This document shows, piece by piece, positions 29,432 to 38,657 of a DNA stretch of 61,586 nucleotides. Position 1 is the stretch's first letter, and each line of letters begins with the position of its first letter. Source of the DNA: Candidatus Thorarchaeota archaeon (GTDB lineage Archaea; Asgardarchaeota; Thorarchaeia; Thorarchaeales; Thorarchaeaceae); assembly GCA_029855935.1 (NCBI GenBank), contig JAGSHN010000024.1, positions 1 to 61,586 on the forward strand. The letters are read 5' to 3'. Below the pieces are notes generated by a model. It was not told where the DNA came from and ran no database searches. It was given only the letters and a program-made list of their open reading frames with translations. A program made the translations under genes and the position numbers.

Positions 29432-30361
29432 TTGAACGGCACGGCGTTATCGTCAATCGGTCTGTTCTCGTCGGACCCACTGTCACCCAGATGTGCTCTC
29501 CTCGAGCGGGCGTTCTCCGATATTGGTGTCCGAGCAGTGCGCGTTCTGCCGTGGAAGGTCAGGACCCTTGGAGCGACGGGCGCTATGTCTCTGACTGCTG
29601 ACGGAGCAGACCTCACTGCGCTAGATGCCGTTCTCGTTCTCGACCTCGGTGGGCACGATATTGGCACCTTCTTCAGCCGCGTGGCTGTGCTGAGTGCGCT
29701 TCAGGAACTGGGTGTCACGGTGATCAATTCAGTCCGGTCAATCCTCTGGATGCGAAACAAGGCGGAATGCATACGACGGCTGATTGCCCACGGCGTGCCC
29801 GTCCCAAAGACGCTCATCACGGAGTCGATTGAGGCCGCGGCAGAGTTTGTCCGAGAGAATCATCCCGCCGTCATCAAGCCCATCACCGGTTTTGGTGGTG
29901 CTGGCGTGCATCTCATTGCTCGTGAGTTTGATCTTGAGAATATTCTGGACTATCTGAAGTTCCACAGCTTCGTCACAGGCAAGGGCGCCTTCCTCCTTCA
30001 AGAGTACGTGAAGAGCCCGGGGTTTGACATCAGGGCCCTCGTTGTCGATGGCGAGGTCATCGCGACAATGCAGAGAGTTTCCACCACCGGTTTCGTCACA
30101 AACATCCACGCCGGGGGCATCGCGAGGCGGAACAATATTGACGTGACTGATATTGCCATTCGAGCGAGCCGGGCTGTGAGAGGTAGGTTTGTTGGCGTTG
30201 ACATAATTCCCAACCAGTCCGGCGATCTGCTCGTGCTCGAGGTGAATGCCACTCCTGGCTGGGCCGGGCTCCAGTCCGTGACTCAAAAGGACATTGCAGC
30301 AGAGATCGCGCAACTCTTCTCCGGCACCCAAGGGCTCTCTGTGCACAGTCCACGACAGTGA
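29432..30361 (+). CDS. RimK/LysX-family ATP-grasp ligase
   Basis: NK...VPVPKT, VIKPITGFGGAG, LQEYV, DIR, TNIHAGG, GVDI, EVNATPGW. Confidence 0.92.
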   Translation: MNGTALSSIGLFSSDPLSPRCALLERAFSDIGVRAVRVLPWKVRTLGATGAMSLTADGADLTALDAVLVLDLGGHDIGTFFSRVAVLSALQELGVTVINSVRSILWMRNKAECIRRLIAHGVPVPKTLITESIEAAAEFVRENHPAVIKPITGFGGAGVHLIAREFDLENILDYLKFHSFVTGKGAFLLQEYVKSPGFDIRALVVDGEVIATMQRVSTTGFVTNIHAGGIARRNNIDVTDIAIRASRAVRGRFVGVDIIPNQSGDLLVLEVNATPGWAGLQSVTQKDIAAEIAQLFSGTQGLSVHSPRQ

Positions 30362-30621
30362 GTTCAGGCCTACAGACCAGACAATCAGAAGTCTCACTCT
30401 AAGTAGTTGTGGCCACTTGTCTTTTCCCAATCTAGCCTACTTGATGACCCTCTACACAGAGCGAACCGGTCGGCAAGGCTTATATGCGTGTCTGTAGCAA
30501 TCAGCAATCGAGGACGGGATTCTCGTAGACGAGGCGAGAACAGTGAGTTGTGTAGTGAGCGCACTTGAGAATCTAGGTCGGTCGTCAGAACAGCAGGATC
30601 TATAGACTTGAGACTGTCCTG

Positions 30622-31068
30622 TTGATGATTGTCATGCTGTCGCCTCTCTGGATTGTACCGATCTCGGCGTCCCCGCCTGTTCAATCACAGACCAACGGTG
30701 GGCCGGAACTGTCAAACTACCCAGCGCGTCCGTCATCACCTATTCTGACAGGCCCCCGGGGTCTCAGACGAGCCGATGCCGACCCGCTGGACATGGGTCT
30801 GCGGACCACTGGACATGGGTCTGCGGACTACTGGACATCGGTCCATATGGATCCCACTGTGAATCTGTGGGACAGTCCTGGATTCTACAGACAGAACTGG
30901 CAATACTATTGGTTCAAGGTCGATATCAGATTCGATGACTCTCTATACAGCTACCTTTCGTATGGGGACGGATCCGCAACAAATCGAGTCTTGGCAAATG
31001 GTCCAGCAGGTAGTACTTACAGCGATCTGGACTATGAGATTGACTATGGCGGTCCGAACAACTACTAG
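30622..31068 (+). CDS. Putative secreted protein
   Basis: Hydrophobic N-terminus; aromatic, beta-rich C-terminal half; SD GGGAGGT precedes the next gene. Confidence 0.5.
   Translation: MMIVMLSPLWIVPISASPPVQSQTNGGPELSNYPARPSSPILTGPRGLRRADADPLDMGLRTTGHGSADYWTSVHMDPTVNLWDSPGFYRQNWQYYWFKVDIRFDDSLYSYLSYGDGSATNRVLANGPAGSTYSDLDYEIDYGGPNNY
30787..30838 (+). repeat. 22-bp tandem repeat (about 2.4 copies)
   Basis: CTGGACATGGGTCTGCGGAC(CA/TA) at 30787 and 30809; partial CTGGACAT at 30831. Confidence 0.9.
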
Positions 31069-31082
31069 GGAGGTTATGAGCG

Positions 31083-32192
31083 ATGTCTGCCAACGTGAGG
31101 CCCTGGTTCTGGCCCTTGGTCATTCTGTTTGTATTGGTAGGTGGATTCTTTGCCACAAGTGGCCCGAAGACCATCTTGGGGGGAGACTCTTTCTTGTCTC
31201 GCGATTCGATGGAAACAGCGGAGGAGGACGATACAGTTTCGTGCAATGTCACACTTCGCGGGCAGAACTACACCTATTCGTCTCCCGACATTGCATCATT
31301 TCTCAACAATACTGAAGACTACGCCTTTCTGTTAGAGAACGAGTCATTTGCTGCCTCTATTGTCCAGTTGGCTCATATGGTATGTTACCCTTTCCTTCAT
31401 AACTACAAATTAATTCCGGAGAACATGAGCAGCTCGGATAACACAAGCAGCACGTGGCTGCGGCCACCCCCCATTGGTCATGAGGTTATCTACTTCACGT
31501 TCTTCAATGAAACCGACTACGTTGTCTTGTTTGTTCATATCTTCTACAATGAAAACACTCACGTAAGGAGGCTTGTCAACCAGCGGCTTATCACCCTGGC
31601 CGAGCTGAACGCCTCCAGTCATCTTGCAATATTGGAGTCTGTTCTTGAGGATGCACCTCAGCACTCCATCTATCCAGCAGGATGGACCTGGACCTATAAC
31701 ATTCGAGAGTTTCCGACGACACATGTCGGTGCTCCAGGAATACCGTTCATCATTGGTGGGTGTAATATCACCCGTTGGCTCAATATCACCGGCTGGGAGA
31801 TACCCGCTGAGTGGTTCCATCTGTCAGAGTTCTATTCATCAATCTATCTTGAATACACCTCGCCGAAGTACGATGACTCGTTGCTTGAGGAACCGACGTG
31901 GAACGTGATTGTTCGAAACTCGACTCACTATCCGGGCGACCCGTTCTCTCCCCGGACCTACACGTTCATCTACACACTGAATGGCACACTGCTTGCCATC
32001 TCAACACCTGTGATCACTGCGCCAACGACCTTCACATCCACAACAGATAGTTCTCACGGGCAAACATCATCCACATCCGTGCCGGCTGGTTCTCAGGTTC
32101 CTCTCGAGTTCCTGGTTGTGGGAGTTCCGACCGTCATCACGATTGCTATTGTAGCCACTGTTCTACACATCAAGAGAAGGAAAGGCTCTTGA
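31083..32192 (+). CDS. Type I membrane surface glycoprotein
   Basis: Signal peptide, about 12 N-X-S/T sequons, Ser/Thr stalk, C-terminal TM and KRRK tail. Confidence 0.78.
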   Translation: MSANVRPWFWPLVILFVLVGGFFATSGPKTILGGDSFLSRDSMETAEEDDTVSCNVTLRGQNYTYSSPDIASFLNNTEDYAFLLENESFAASIVQLAHMVCYPFLHNYKLIPENMSSSDNTSSTWLRPPPIGHEVIYFTFFNETDYVVLFVHIFYNENTHVRRLVNQRLITLAELNASSHLAILESVLEDAPQHSIYPAGWTWTYNIREFPTTHVGAPGIPFIIGGCNITRWLNITGWEIPAEWFHLSEFYSSIYLEYTSPKYDDSLLEEPTWNVIVRNSTHYPGDPFSPRTYTFIYTLNGTLLAISTPVITAPTTFTSTTDSSHGQTSSTSVPAGSQVPLEFLVVGVPTVITIAIVATVLHIKRRKGS

Positions 32193-33039
32193 TGTCAGAC
32201 TATGCCCCGCCAATGCCCCTCTTGTCTCTAGAGGGGGAATTGCATCGTGGGAACTCGTAGTCCTTCAACCTCTCAGCGGTGTCTTGACCACTCCAGCCCG
32301 CAATAGCCGATGTTCCATTCTCTACGCAGATGCAGTTCTCAAGCCTCGGATGCCGGACGCCGTGGCGTCTTCCGAGCATAGTCGCGTGGCCGGAAACAAT
32401 GAAACGCACCTGTCCTGAAGGTACTGTTCTCATACAAGGGTGCCGGCGCCGGGAGAAACGATGAACTTGGTGGGGGATAGAAGATTGAAGTGCTGTAGGA
32501 GCCAGTTCCCAATCTTCCATTCGCAGACTATCTGAAAGAGCACTCCGTGATGTCAGGTTCCGCGACGACGATGAGCCAAGGCAGATTGCCCTACCAGTCT
32601 TCGGCCACGACGACGGTTCCACAACTTGAAGCCTCGTGAGGACTGGCGCCCCTAGACCGACGGGAACGCCCGCGAGGGGCTGGTGTTCTCTAGCTCAGGA
32701 GTGCTAGCTCCAACTGAGTCCCAACTTGTCAACGTCGTGTCCAGAGAGCGCAGCCTGAGCGAGGTGGTTTCGGTCACTGACGCAATGCAGCCCGTCAGGT
32801 GAGACGGAAGTGGGTATCACTCTAGGAACTATTGTGGCCATCGTCCTCTCTGATTCGGATCTAATTGATAATTCTTCCACAGGGCCGCACTCAAGGATAA
32901 ACTTAAAAGCGGGCTTCTTGGCGAGGGGGCCTGAATCAGACTCGTGTAGCTCTCCTGAGAGCATGACGTAATCCGTCCCAACCACCGGGACCGCAAAACG
33001 AAGTTCTGGTACCAACATCCTCCGAGAGGTAAACACATC

Positions 33040-34173
33040 TTGACAGAGGCCGCCAAAACCACTGTAGAGGATCTCGACTACCTGCGCGCAAAACTCCGCG
33101 AGTTGAAGTCGCAGGCGAGAGATGAGCTTGAGCAGCTCAGACGTGACAGGGACAAGATGCGTGAGTACAAGGCGATTCGTGATGAGCACAACAAAGAGGT
33201 CCGTGCACTGATCGAGTCGGTGAAGGCTGAACGCGAGGCACGCGACAAGATCAACAAGGAGATTGCAGAGTACAAGGCACGGAGGAGCGCCATTCATCAG
33301 CAGCTCAAGGGAATATACGACGAGATACGTGAACTCCGGAGCAGCATAGTTGGGAGTCCCTCCAACGATCAGCGGCGTATGATGCGTCGCGTGGAGGAAC
33401 TCGAGTGGCGCCAGCAGACAGCACTCCTCACTCCTGAGGAGGAGCGTGCGATAATCGAGGAGATTGCTAGGATAGAGGCCAAGCTCGTCAAGATTGGCCA
33501 GGAGAAGGAGAAACAGGACCGTATCAGTGAGCTTCGAAGGATGGCTCGACGCCTGAAGGCAGAGGCCTCTGAGGTCCACAAGAAGGTCCTCGAGCTCTCT
33601 CAGGAGAGTCAGGTTCATCATCAGGAGGTCGTCCGTATCCGGCCACAGCTTGAGGAGTACAAGAGGTCGGCTGATACCGCACATCAGAACTTTGTTGAGT
33701 GGCTGAAGAAGGTAAAAGCTGGCGAGGCACGGCTCAAAGAGATCAGACAGCAGATTGAAGAGACCGAGGGGAAGATTCGAAAGCTGCTCGCTGAACGCGG
33801 AGAGCGCCCTGAGCGGAGGGCCCAGCGTGAACGCGAGAAGGAACGTGTTGAGGAGGTAATTGCAAAGCTTCAATCTGGCGGCCGGCTCACATTCGACGAG
33901 TTCATCATCGCGCAACGAGTTCTCTCAAGCGAGGCCCGCAAGGCTCGCAAGAAGGCGCAGAGCTCCTCGAAGCCAAAGGAGGATGAAGAGGCGACATCTC
34001 AGCCACTTGGGGCCTCAGAGTCAATGGAGGACTCGGGGCAGGCAGAGCAGGAGGCTGAGAAGACAGAAGAGGCAGAGGCCCCGGACGCCATCGAAGAGGC
34101 GGAGCCTTCGCCTGCGCAGACTGAAGAAGAAGATTCCTCAGGCTCTAGTACCGAGGCGTCTACGGAGGAGTAG
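33040..34173 (+). CDS. Archaeal coiled-coil protein (COG1340-like)
   Basis: Long heptad repeats, LEWRQQT.LLTPEEER.IIEEI, KLQSGGRLTFDE, acidic tail. Confidence 0.85.
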   Translation: MTEAAKTTVEDLDYLRAKLRELKSQARDELEQLRRDRDKMREYKAIRDEHNKEVRALIESVKAEREARDKINKEIAEYKARRSAIHQQLKGIYDEIRELRSSIVGSPSNDQRRMMRRVEELEWRQQTALLTPEEERAIIEEIARIEAKLVKIGQEKEKQDRISELRRMARRLKAEASEVHKKVLELSQESQVHHQEVVRIRPQLEEYKRSADTAHQNFVEWLKKVKAGEARLKEIRQQIEETEGKIRKLLAERGERPERRAQREREKERVEEVIAKLQSGGRLTFDEFIIAQRVLSSEARKARKKAQSSSKPKEDEEATSQPLGASESMEDSGQAEQEAEKTEEAEAPDAIEEAEPSPAQTEEEDSSGSSTEASTEE

Positions 34174-34263
34174 TAGGCTCCTCTCGGGCGCACAAGCGTC
34201 CTGCTTGACTCTCCTGCGTCAGATGAGTCCCATACGATAAGCGTCACTTGGAGAGGGTGGACT

Positions 34264-35526
34264 GTGAGCAGTCGGAGCGAGAGACCCGTCAGCCGCCGTT
34301 CCAGTCGTTCAGTGTTCTACGGAATGGCCCTCGGTGCGGGCGTGTTCCGTACAGTCTCGGTCGGCTTTGATGTCGTAGCAGTGAACACGGTTGAGGTCCT
34401 CGACTCGGTCGCCTTCGGCTTCCTGTCACAATGGATCTCCTTTCTCGTCACTCTCGTACTCGTTGCGTTTCTCAGTATCAGGCGCAATGTCAATGGCAAG
34501 AGGCGCCCACTGGGATACTCTCTTGACCCCGACTTCGGACGCCTTGGCCTGTTGCCGCGCAGGCCCCTGATGTACGTCATTCTGTCGGGTCTGTTTGCCG
34601 GAATCTCCACTACTGCCTACTATATTCTCGTTGGTTCGGCAGACGCCTCTGCTGTGCTGCCATTCGGGCAGTTGGTCATCATCTACCTTCTAGTTGGTGA
34701 CCTCGCGGCAGAGAAGGACACGCCGACAATGGTCGAACTACAATGTGTCCTGTCAATCCTCTTCGGGGTCCTTCTGGTCGGCGTTCGCCCTGGCGGATTC
34801 GACCTTCCTACCTTGCTGATTGTACTTGGTCCTCTCAACGTGTCCTCTGCGTTGTTCACGTACTACCAGCGGCTCGCCAAGAGGTATGAGATATCTCCCG
34901 GCCTGCGACCCGATACCCTGAACATGAGGGTCTGGTCCCTCCTCTTCATGAACCTCGTGTTCTCGGCCTATGCTCTTCTTGTCATGCCATCGGACGTGTG
35001 GGACGCGATGGAGGCATCTCTGTGTCCTATGCTGGGCCTTGCCATTGGTTCCTCGGTAACAATCTTCCTGTCACTGGTACTCTATGTTCGAGCTCTTGCA
35101 AGAGGCTCTATGGCGATTGTCAACTCGCTCTCGTCGGTGTCGGTGGTTCTTGGAATCCCGATAACACTTGTGGGGAACCTCCTCATGCCCGGAGCCTTTG
35201 GACAGATCAGCGGGGACGCCTTCATCTGGATTCTGAGAGCCATAGGCGTTGTCCTGGTGACGATTGGAGTGATAGCCCTTGAGTCGTCGGAAGTCCGGGC
35301 AGTTGTGCTGATAAGGGTGCGTCCGCTCACTGGCGACCTTCTTCCCGACCTGTTCGCAATCAAGGGAGTCGAGACCGCGGCCTCACTTGCTGGAGAGTAC
35401 GACTATATCTTGACGATACGCAGTAGAAGTCTGGGTAAGACGCGAAAGATGATTCTCAAGAGAGTACAGCAGGTAGAGGGTGTGAAGAGCATCGAGACTC
35501 TGGTTGTGCTTCGTGACTACAGGTGA
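34264..35526 (+). CDS. EamA/DMT-like transporter fused to a C-terminal Lrp/AsnC ligand-binding (RAM) domain
   Basis: About 10 TM helices in two repeats; C-terminal IKGV...AGEYDYIL...VEGVKSIETLVVL. Confidence 0.78.
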   Translation: MSSRSERPVSRRSSRSVFYGMALGAGVFRTVSVGFDVVAVNTVEVLDSVAFGFLSQWISFLVTLVLVAFLSIRRNVNGKRRPLGYSLDPDFGRLGLLPRRPLMYVILSGLFAGISTTAYYILVGSADASAVLPFGQLVIIYLLVGDLAAEKDTPTMVELQCVLSILFGVLLVGVRPGGFDLPTLLIVLGPLNVSSALFTYYQRLAKRYEISPGLRPDTLNMRVWSLLFMNLVFSAYALLVMPSDVWDAMEASLCPMLGLAIGSSVTIFLSLVLYVRALARGSMAIVNSLSSVSVVLGIPITLVGNLLMPGAFGQISGDAFIWILRAIGVVLVTIGVIALESSEVRAVVLIRVRPLTGDLLPDLFAIKGVETAASLAGEYDYILTIRSRSLGKTRKMILKRVQQVEGVKSIETLVVLRDYR

Positions 35527-35532
35527 TGAACG

Positions 35533-35787
35533 ATGAGTAGAGAGATGGTAACAGCATACGTGTTGATGAAACTGGAGATTGGAACGACAGACGACGTGCT
35601 CGAAAGGCTTCGTTCTGTCGACGAGGCGACGGTGATTGCTGTGACCACTGGAGCCTACGACATCATCGTTAGATTGGAGGTGCCGAGCCTTGAGGCCCTC
35701 TATGACATAACGATTCACGAGATCCACAAGATCCCGGGCATTATCGAGACCTCCACGGCCGTCGTCGAGAAGATGTATTCCGTCTGA
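35533..35787 (+). CDS. Stand-alone Lrp/AsnC ligand-binding domain protein
   Basis: VTAYVLM...TGAYDIIV...IPGIIETST. Confidence 0.9.
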   Translation: MSREMVTAYVLMKLEIGTTDDVLERLRSVDEATVIAVTTGAYDIIVRLEVPSLEALYDITIHEIHKIPGIIETSTAVVEKMYSV

Positions 35788-35887
35788 GACTCAGGTGTTT
35801 CAGGGCGCCTGCGCCGCTAGGAGCCTTCATATCTGTGTTGTGACGCTATCACGGGAAGTATCAAGCCATAGCACGCTGGTGGCAGAT

Positions 35888-36829
35888 ATGGACAGAGTGA
35901 AGACTGAGGGCCTCACAAAGATCTTTGGCGACATCATAGCTGTCAACAAGATCGACTTGGCAGTGCCGGAGGGCTCCGTCTTTGGTCTTCTCGGTCCAAA
36001 TGGAGCAGGCAAGAGCACAACGGTCCGTCTTCTCTGCACCCTCCTTCGGCCCACGGAGGGGACTGCTATCGTGTCCGGTCACGATATACGTGATGAGCCT
36101 CTGGCTGTGAGACAGACCACCGGACTACTCCCCGAGGAGGGCAGTCATACTCTCTATCCGAGAATGTCGGCATACAGGAACTTGGAGTACTTTGCCAAGC
36201 TCTACGGGATTCCTGACAAAGACATTCCCGGACGCATCGAGGAGCTACTCAGATTCATGGGACTGTGGGAGCGCAGAGACGATCCTGCTGGCGAGCTCAG
36301 CACCGGCAATCGACAGAGACTGGCATTGTGCAGGGCAATTCTTCACAGTCCAACCGTCGCGCTTCTTGACGAACCCACTGCCTCGCTAGACCCGATAGCT
36401 GCTAAACGTGTGCGCGAGCTCATTCTCAGTCTGGCTAGGGAGTACGGCATCACCTTCTTCATCAACAGCCACAATCTTGCCGAGGTGCAGCGTATCTGTG
36501 ATCGGGTAGCGATAATCGACCACGGAAAGATACTGCTGGCAGGAGAGACCGAAGAGATACGGTCCCAGCTTGGGACGGGCCGAGTTTTCAGGGTGAGAGT
36601 TGTCGGTGACCCGAGTGCTGCACTCTCCGTTGCAGAGAGCGCAGAGTTCGTTGAAGAGGCTAGGCTTGATGATAACACTCTGGTCGTCAAGGTCCGTGAT
36701 CCCGAGGCCAACAACTCGCGACTGATGATGATGTTGATAGAGCGCGGCGTGAGGATTCTTGAGTTCGCACAGGAAGAGATGTCTCTGGAGGATGTCTACC
36801 TGGCGGTTGTTGATGGGGGCGAGGACTGA
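35888..36829 (+). CDS. ABC transporter ATP-binding protein
   Basis: GPNGAGKST, LSTGNRQR, LLDEPT, SH. Start at ATG 35888. Confidence 0.95.
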   Translation: MDRVKTEGLTKIFGDIIAVNKIDLAVPEGSVFGLLGPNGAGKSTTVRLLCTLLRPTEGTAIVSGHDIRDEPLAVRQTTGLLPEEGSHTLYPRMSAYRNLEYFAKLYGIPDKDIPGRIEELLRFMGLWERRDDPAGELSTGNRQRLALCRAILHSPTVALLDEPTASLDPIAAKRVRELILSLAREYGITFFINSHNLAEVQRICDRVAIIDHGKILLAGETEEIRSQLGTGRVFRVRVVGDPSAALSVAESAEFVEEARLDDNTLVVKVRDPEANNSRLMMMLIERGVRILEFAQEEMSLEDVYLAVVDGGED

Positions 36830-37581
36830 TGTCTAGGAACAAGTCACTCGTCATAGCGATTACGGATCTCAGGATGGCGATGAAGGCCAGATATGTCCGG
36901 TATAGCCTGATTGGTGTGGCGGCACTGGGTCCGGTCGTTGCCATAGTGACCATCATCGGCCTGCTTATGACAGTCCCTGCCACCTCCTCGGAGTTTGGCC
37001 AGATGTTGTCGCTGGTGATGCCTATGGGATCTGCGATGCTATCATTGATGGCAGTCATTCCCGCAGGACTCATCTCAGCCAATGCTCTCGTGGGAGAGCG
37101 CGAGCAGAACACGCTTGAGCCGCTTCTGGCGACACCCCTAACTGACCGAGAGCTGATCTTGGGAAAGGCCCTCAGTTCAATCATCCCCTGCGTCCTCCTG
37201 CTCATCAGCGGGACGGCCGTCAGCTCCGTGGTCATCTATCTCTTCACGGTCTTCAACGGTCTGCCACCAGTACTGTTTCCTGACCTTCCAGGACTCTTTC
37301 TCATTCTGGTTGTTGGGCCTACAGTCGTGGTGGCTATAGTGGCAATGATGATATTGATCAGCGGGAGGGTCTCGCGTGTGTACGAGGCCTACCAGACGGG
37401 GACGGCTGCAGTGGCCGTACTGCTCGTGCCGATTGTCGCCCCCTCGATAGGACTGACCGACCCTCGTTCGGTATGGCTCTTTGACCTCATTACGTTTGCA
37501 GTGGCCCTTGTACTCGCTGCAGTGGCCTGGTACTTCGCCGTCAGGTTCTTCAACAGGGACGCAATGGTGTCGAGAGTCTGA
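36829..37581 (+). CDS. ABC-2 type transporter permease
   Basis: GEREQNTLEPLLATPLTDRELILGK; six TM helices. Confidence 0.92.
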   Translation: MSRNKSLVIAITDLRMAMKARYVRYSLIGVAALGPVVAIVTIIGLLMTVPATSSEFGQMLSLVMPMGSAMLSLMAVIPAGLISANALVGEREQNTLEPLLATPLTDRELILGKALSSIIPCVLLLISGTAVSSVVIYLFTVFNGLPPVLFPDLPGLFLILVVGPTVVVAIVAMMILISGRVSRVYEAYQTGTAAVAVLLVPIVAPSIGLTDPRSVWLFDLITFAVALVLAAVAWYFAVRFFNRDAMVSRV

Positions 37582-37593
37582 TGGTAGTCTCTC

Positions 37594-38151
37594 TCAGTCC
37601 TCTCCCTGCGAGACGTGCTCCCAAGGGCCATAGAGTCTCTTTAGGCCGACGGGGTATCTGCGTGCAAGCGACCGATAGGTCCTCTTGAACTCGAGGAGAA
37701 CGTGTCTGGCCTCTTCAGAGACATCGGCGACGACCTTGGCTGGGACGCCCACCGCCACCTTTCCCGCTGGAATCTCGTCCCGGGCCTTGACGACTGCACC
37801 CTCGGCCACGACTGCCCAGTTCCTCACAACGGCGTAGTCTGAGACAATGGCCCCCATCCCAATGACGGCGTCGTCCTCGATTGTCGCGTTGTGAACGATA
37901 CAGCCGTGGCCAAGTGTCACGTTGTTTCCGATGACGGTGACCTCATGGGGCCTTGCATGGACGACCACGTTGTCCTGCACACTCGTGCCATCTCCTATCC
38001 GGATGGAGCCGTAGTCGCCCTTGACGACGGCACCTGGCGCAACGTAGCATTCCGTACCGAGGATCACATCTCCTATGACCGATGCGGTCTCGCTCACGTA
38101 CGTGTCCCGTCCTATCTGCGGTTTCCTTCCCTCGAACTCGTAGACGCCCAT
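37594..38151 (-). CDS. Gamma carbonic anhydrase-family hexapeptide-repeat protein
   Basis: IGDV, GD, VQDNVVVH, LGHGCIVH, GVPAKV. Confidence 0.92.
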   Translation of the reverse strand: MGVYEFEGRKPQIGRDTYVSETASVIGDVILGTECYVAPGAVVKGDYGSIRIGDGTSVQDNVVVHARPHEVTVIGNNVTLGHGCIVHNATIEDDAVIGMGAIVSDYAVVRNWAVVAEGAVVKARDEIPAGKVAVGVPAKVVADVSEEARHVLLEFKRTYRSLARRYPVGLKRLYGPWEHVSQGED

Positions 38152-38225
38152 AGGATGTGCAGAATGCTTAAGAACCATTTACGCATATCGGAGTGTGTTA
38201 CGGTTCTTATCGGGACGTGAATCTG

Positions 38226-38621
38226 ATGAGTGACAGTCAGGAGTCGCAAGGGGACCGCGCTCTTCCTCTACTGAAGGGAGAGTCCGTCGGAGTGAACGGG
38301 TCGTTCACCGGGCGGGCCGTCTTGGTGTGTCGACCCGAGCATATTCGCCGCGAGTGGGCTGCCGACGAGATACCGGTGCTGAGCCGGGATATCGTCGAGC
38401 ACCTCTCTCAGAATCCCGGTGATATGGACTATCTGATGCAGAATGTTTCAGCGATGATCAGTGAGGGTGGCGATCCTGTTGGCGACCTCGCGTCTATGGC
38501 ATTCATCCGTGAGATTATCTGCATTGTACGAGTCGATGATGCCTGCTACGTCCTCGATGAGGGCATGAACATTCTTGTCACTGCGATGGAGAACGTCGGC
38601 GAGGTCTACTTTGTAGATTGA
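38226..38621 (+). CDS. PEP-utilizing-enzyme mobile (swivelling) domain-like protein
   Basis: LKGESVG..GSFTGRAVLV; AMISEGG...A..REIICIV; the catalytic His position appears to be Asp. Confidence 0.62.
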   Translation: MSDSQESQGDRALPLLKGESVGVNGSFTGRAVLVCRPEHIRREWAADEIPVLSRDIVEHLSQNPGDMDYLMQNVSAMISEGGDPVGDLASMAFIREIICIVRVDDACYVLDEGMNILVTAMENVGEVYFVD

Positions 38622-38657
38622 GTGGGAACTCTCGGACCCCACCGAGGAAGCACCACT

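Noticed and set aside
30787-30838. Mini-CRISPR array
   Set aside because: The repeats are contiguous with no spacers.
32704-33915. 403-aa minus-strand ORF
   Set aside because: Antisense shadow of the coiled-coil gene; the Leu-rich composition mirrors GAG/AAG codons.
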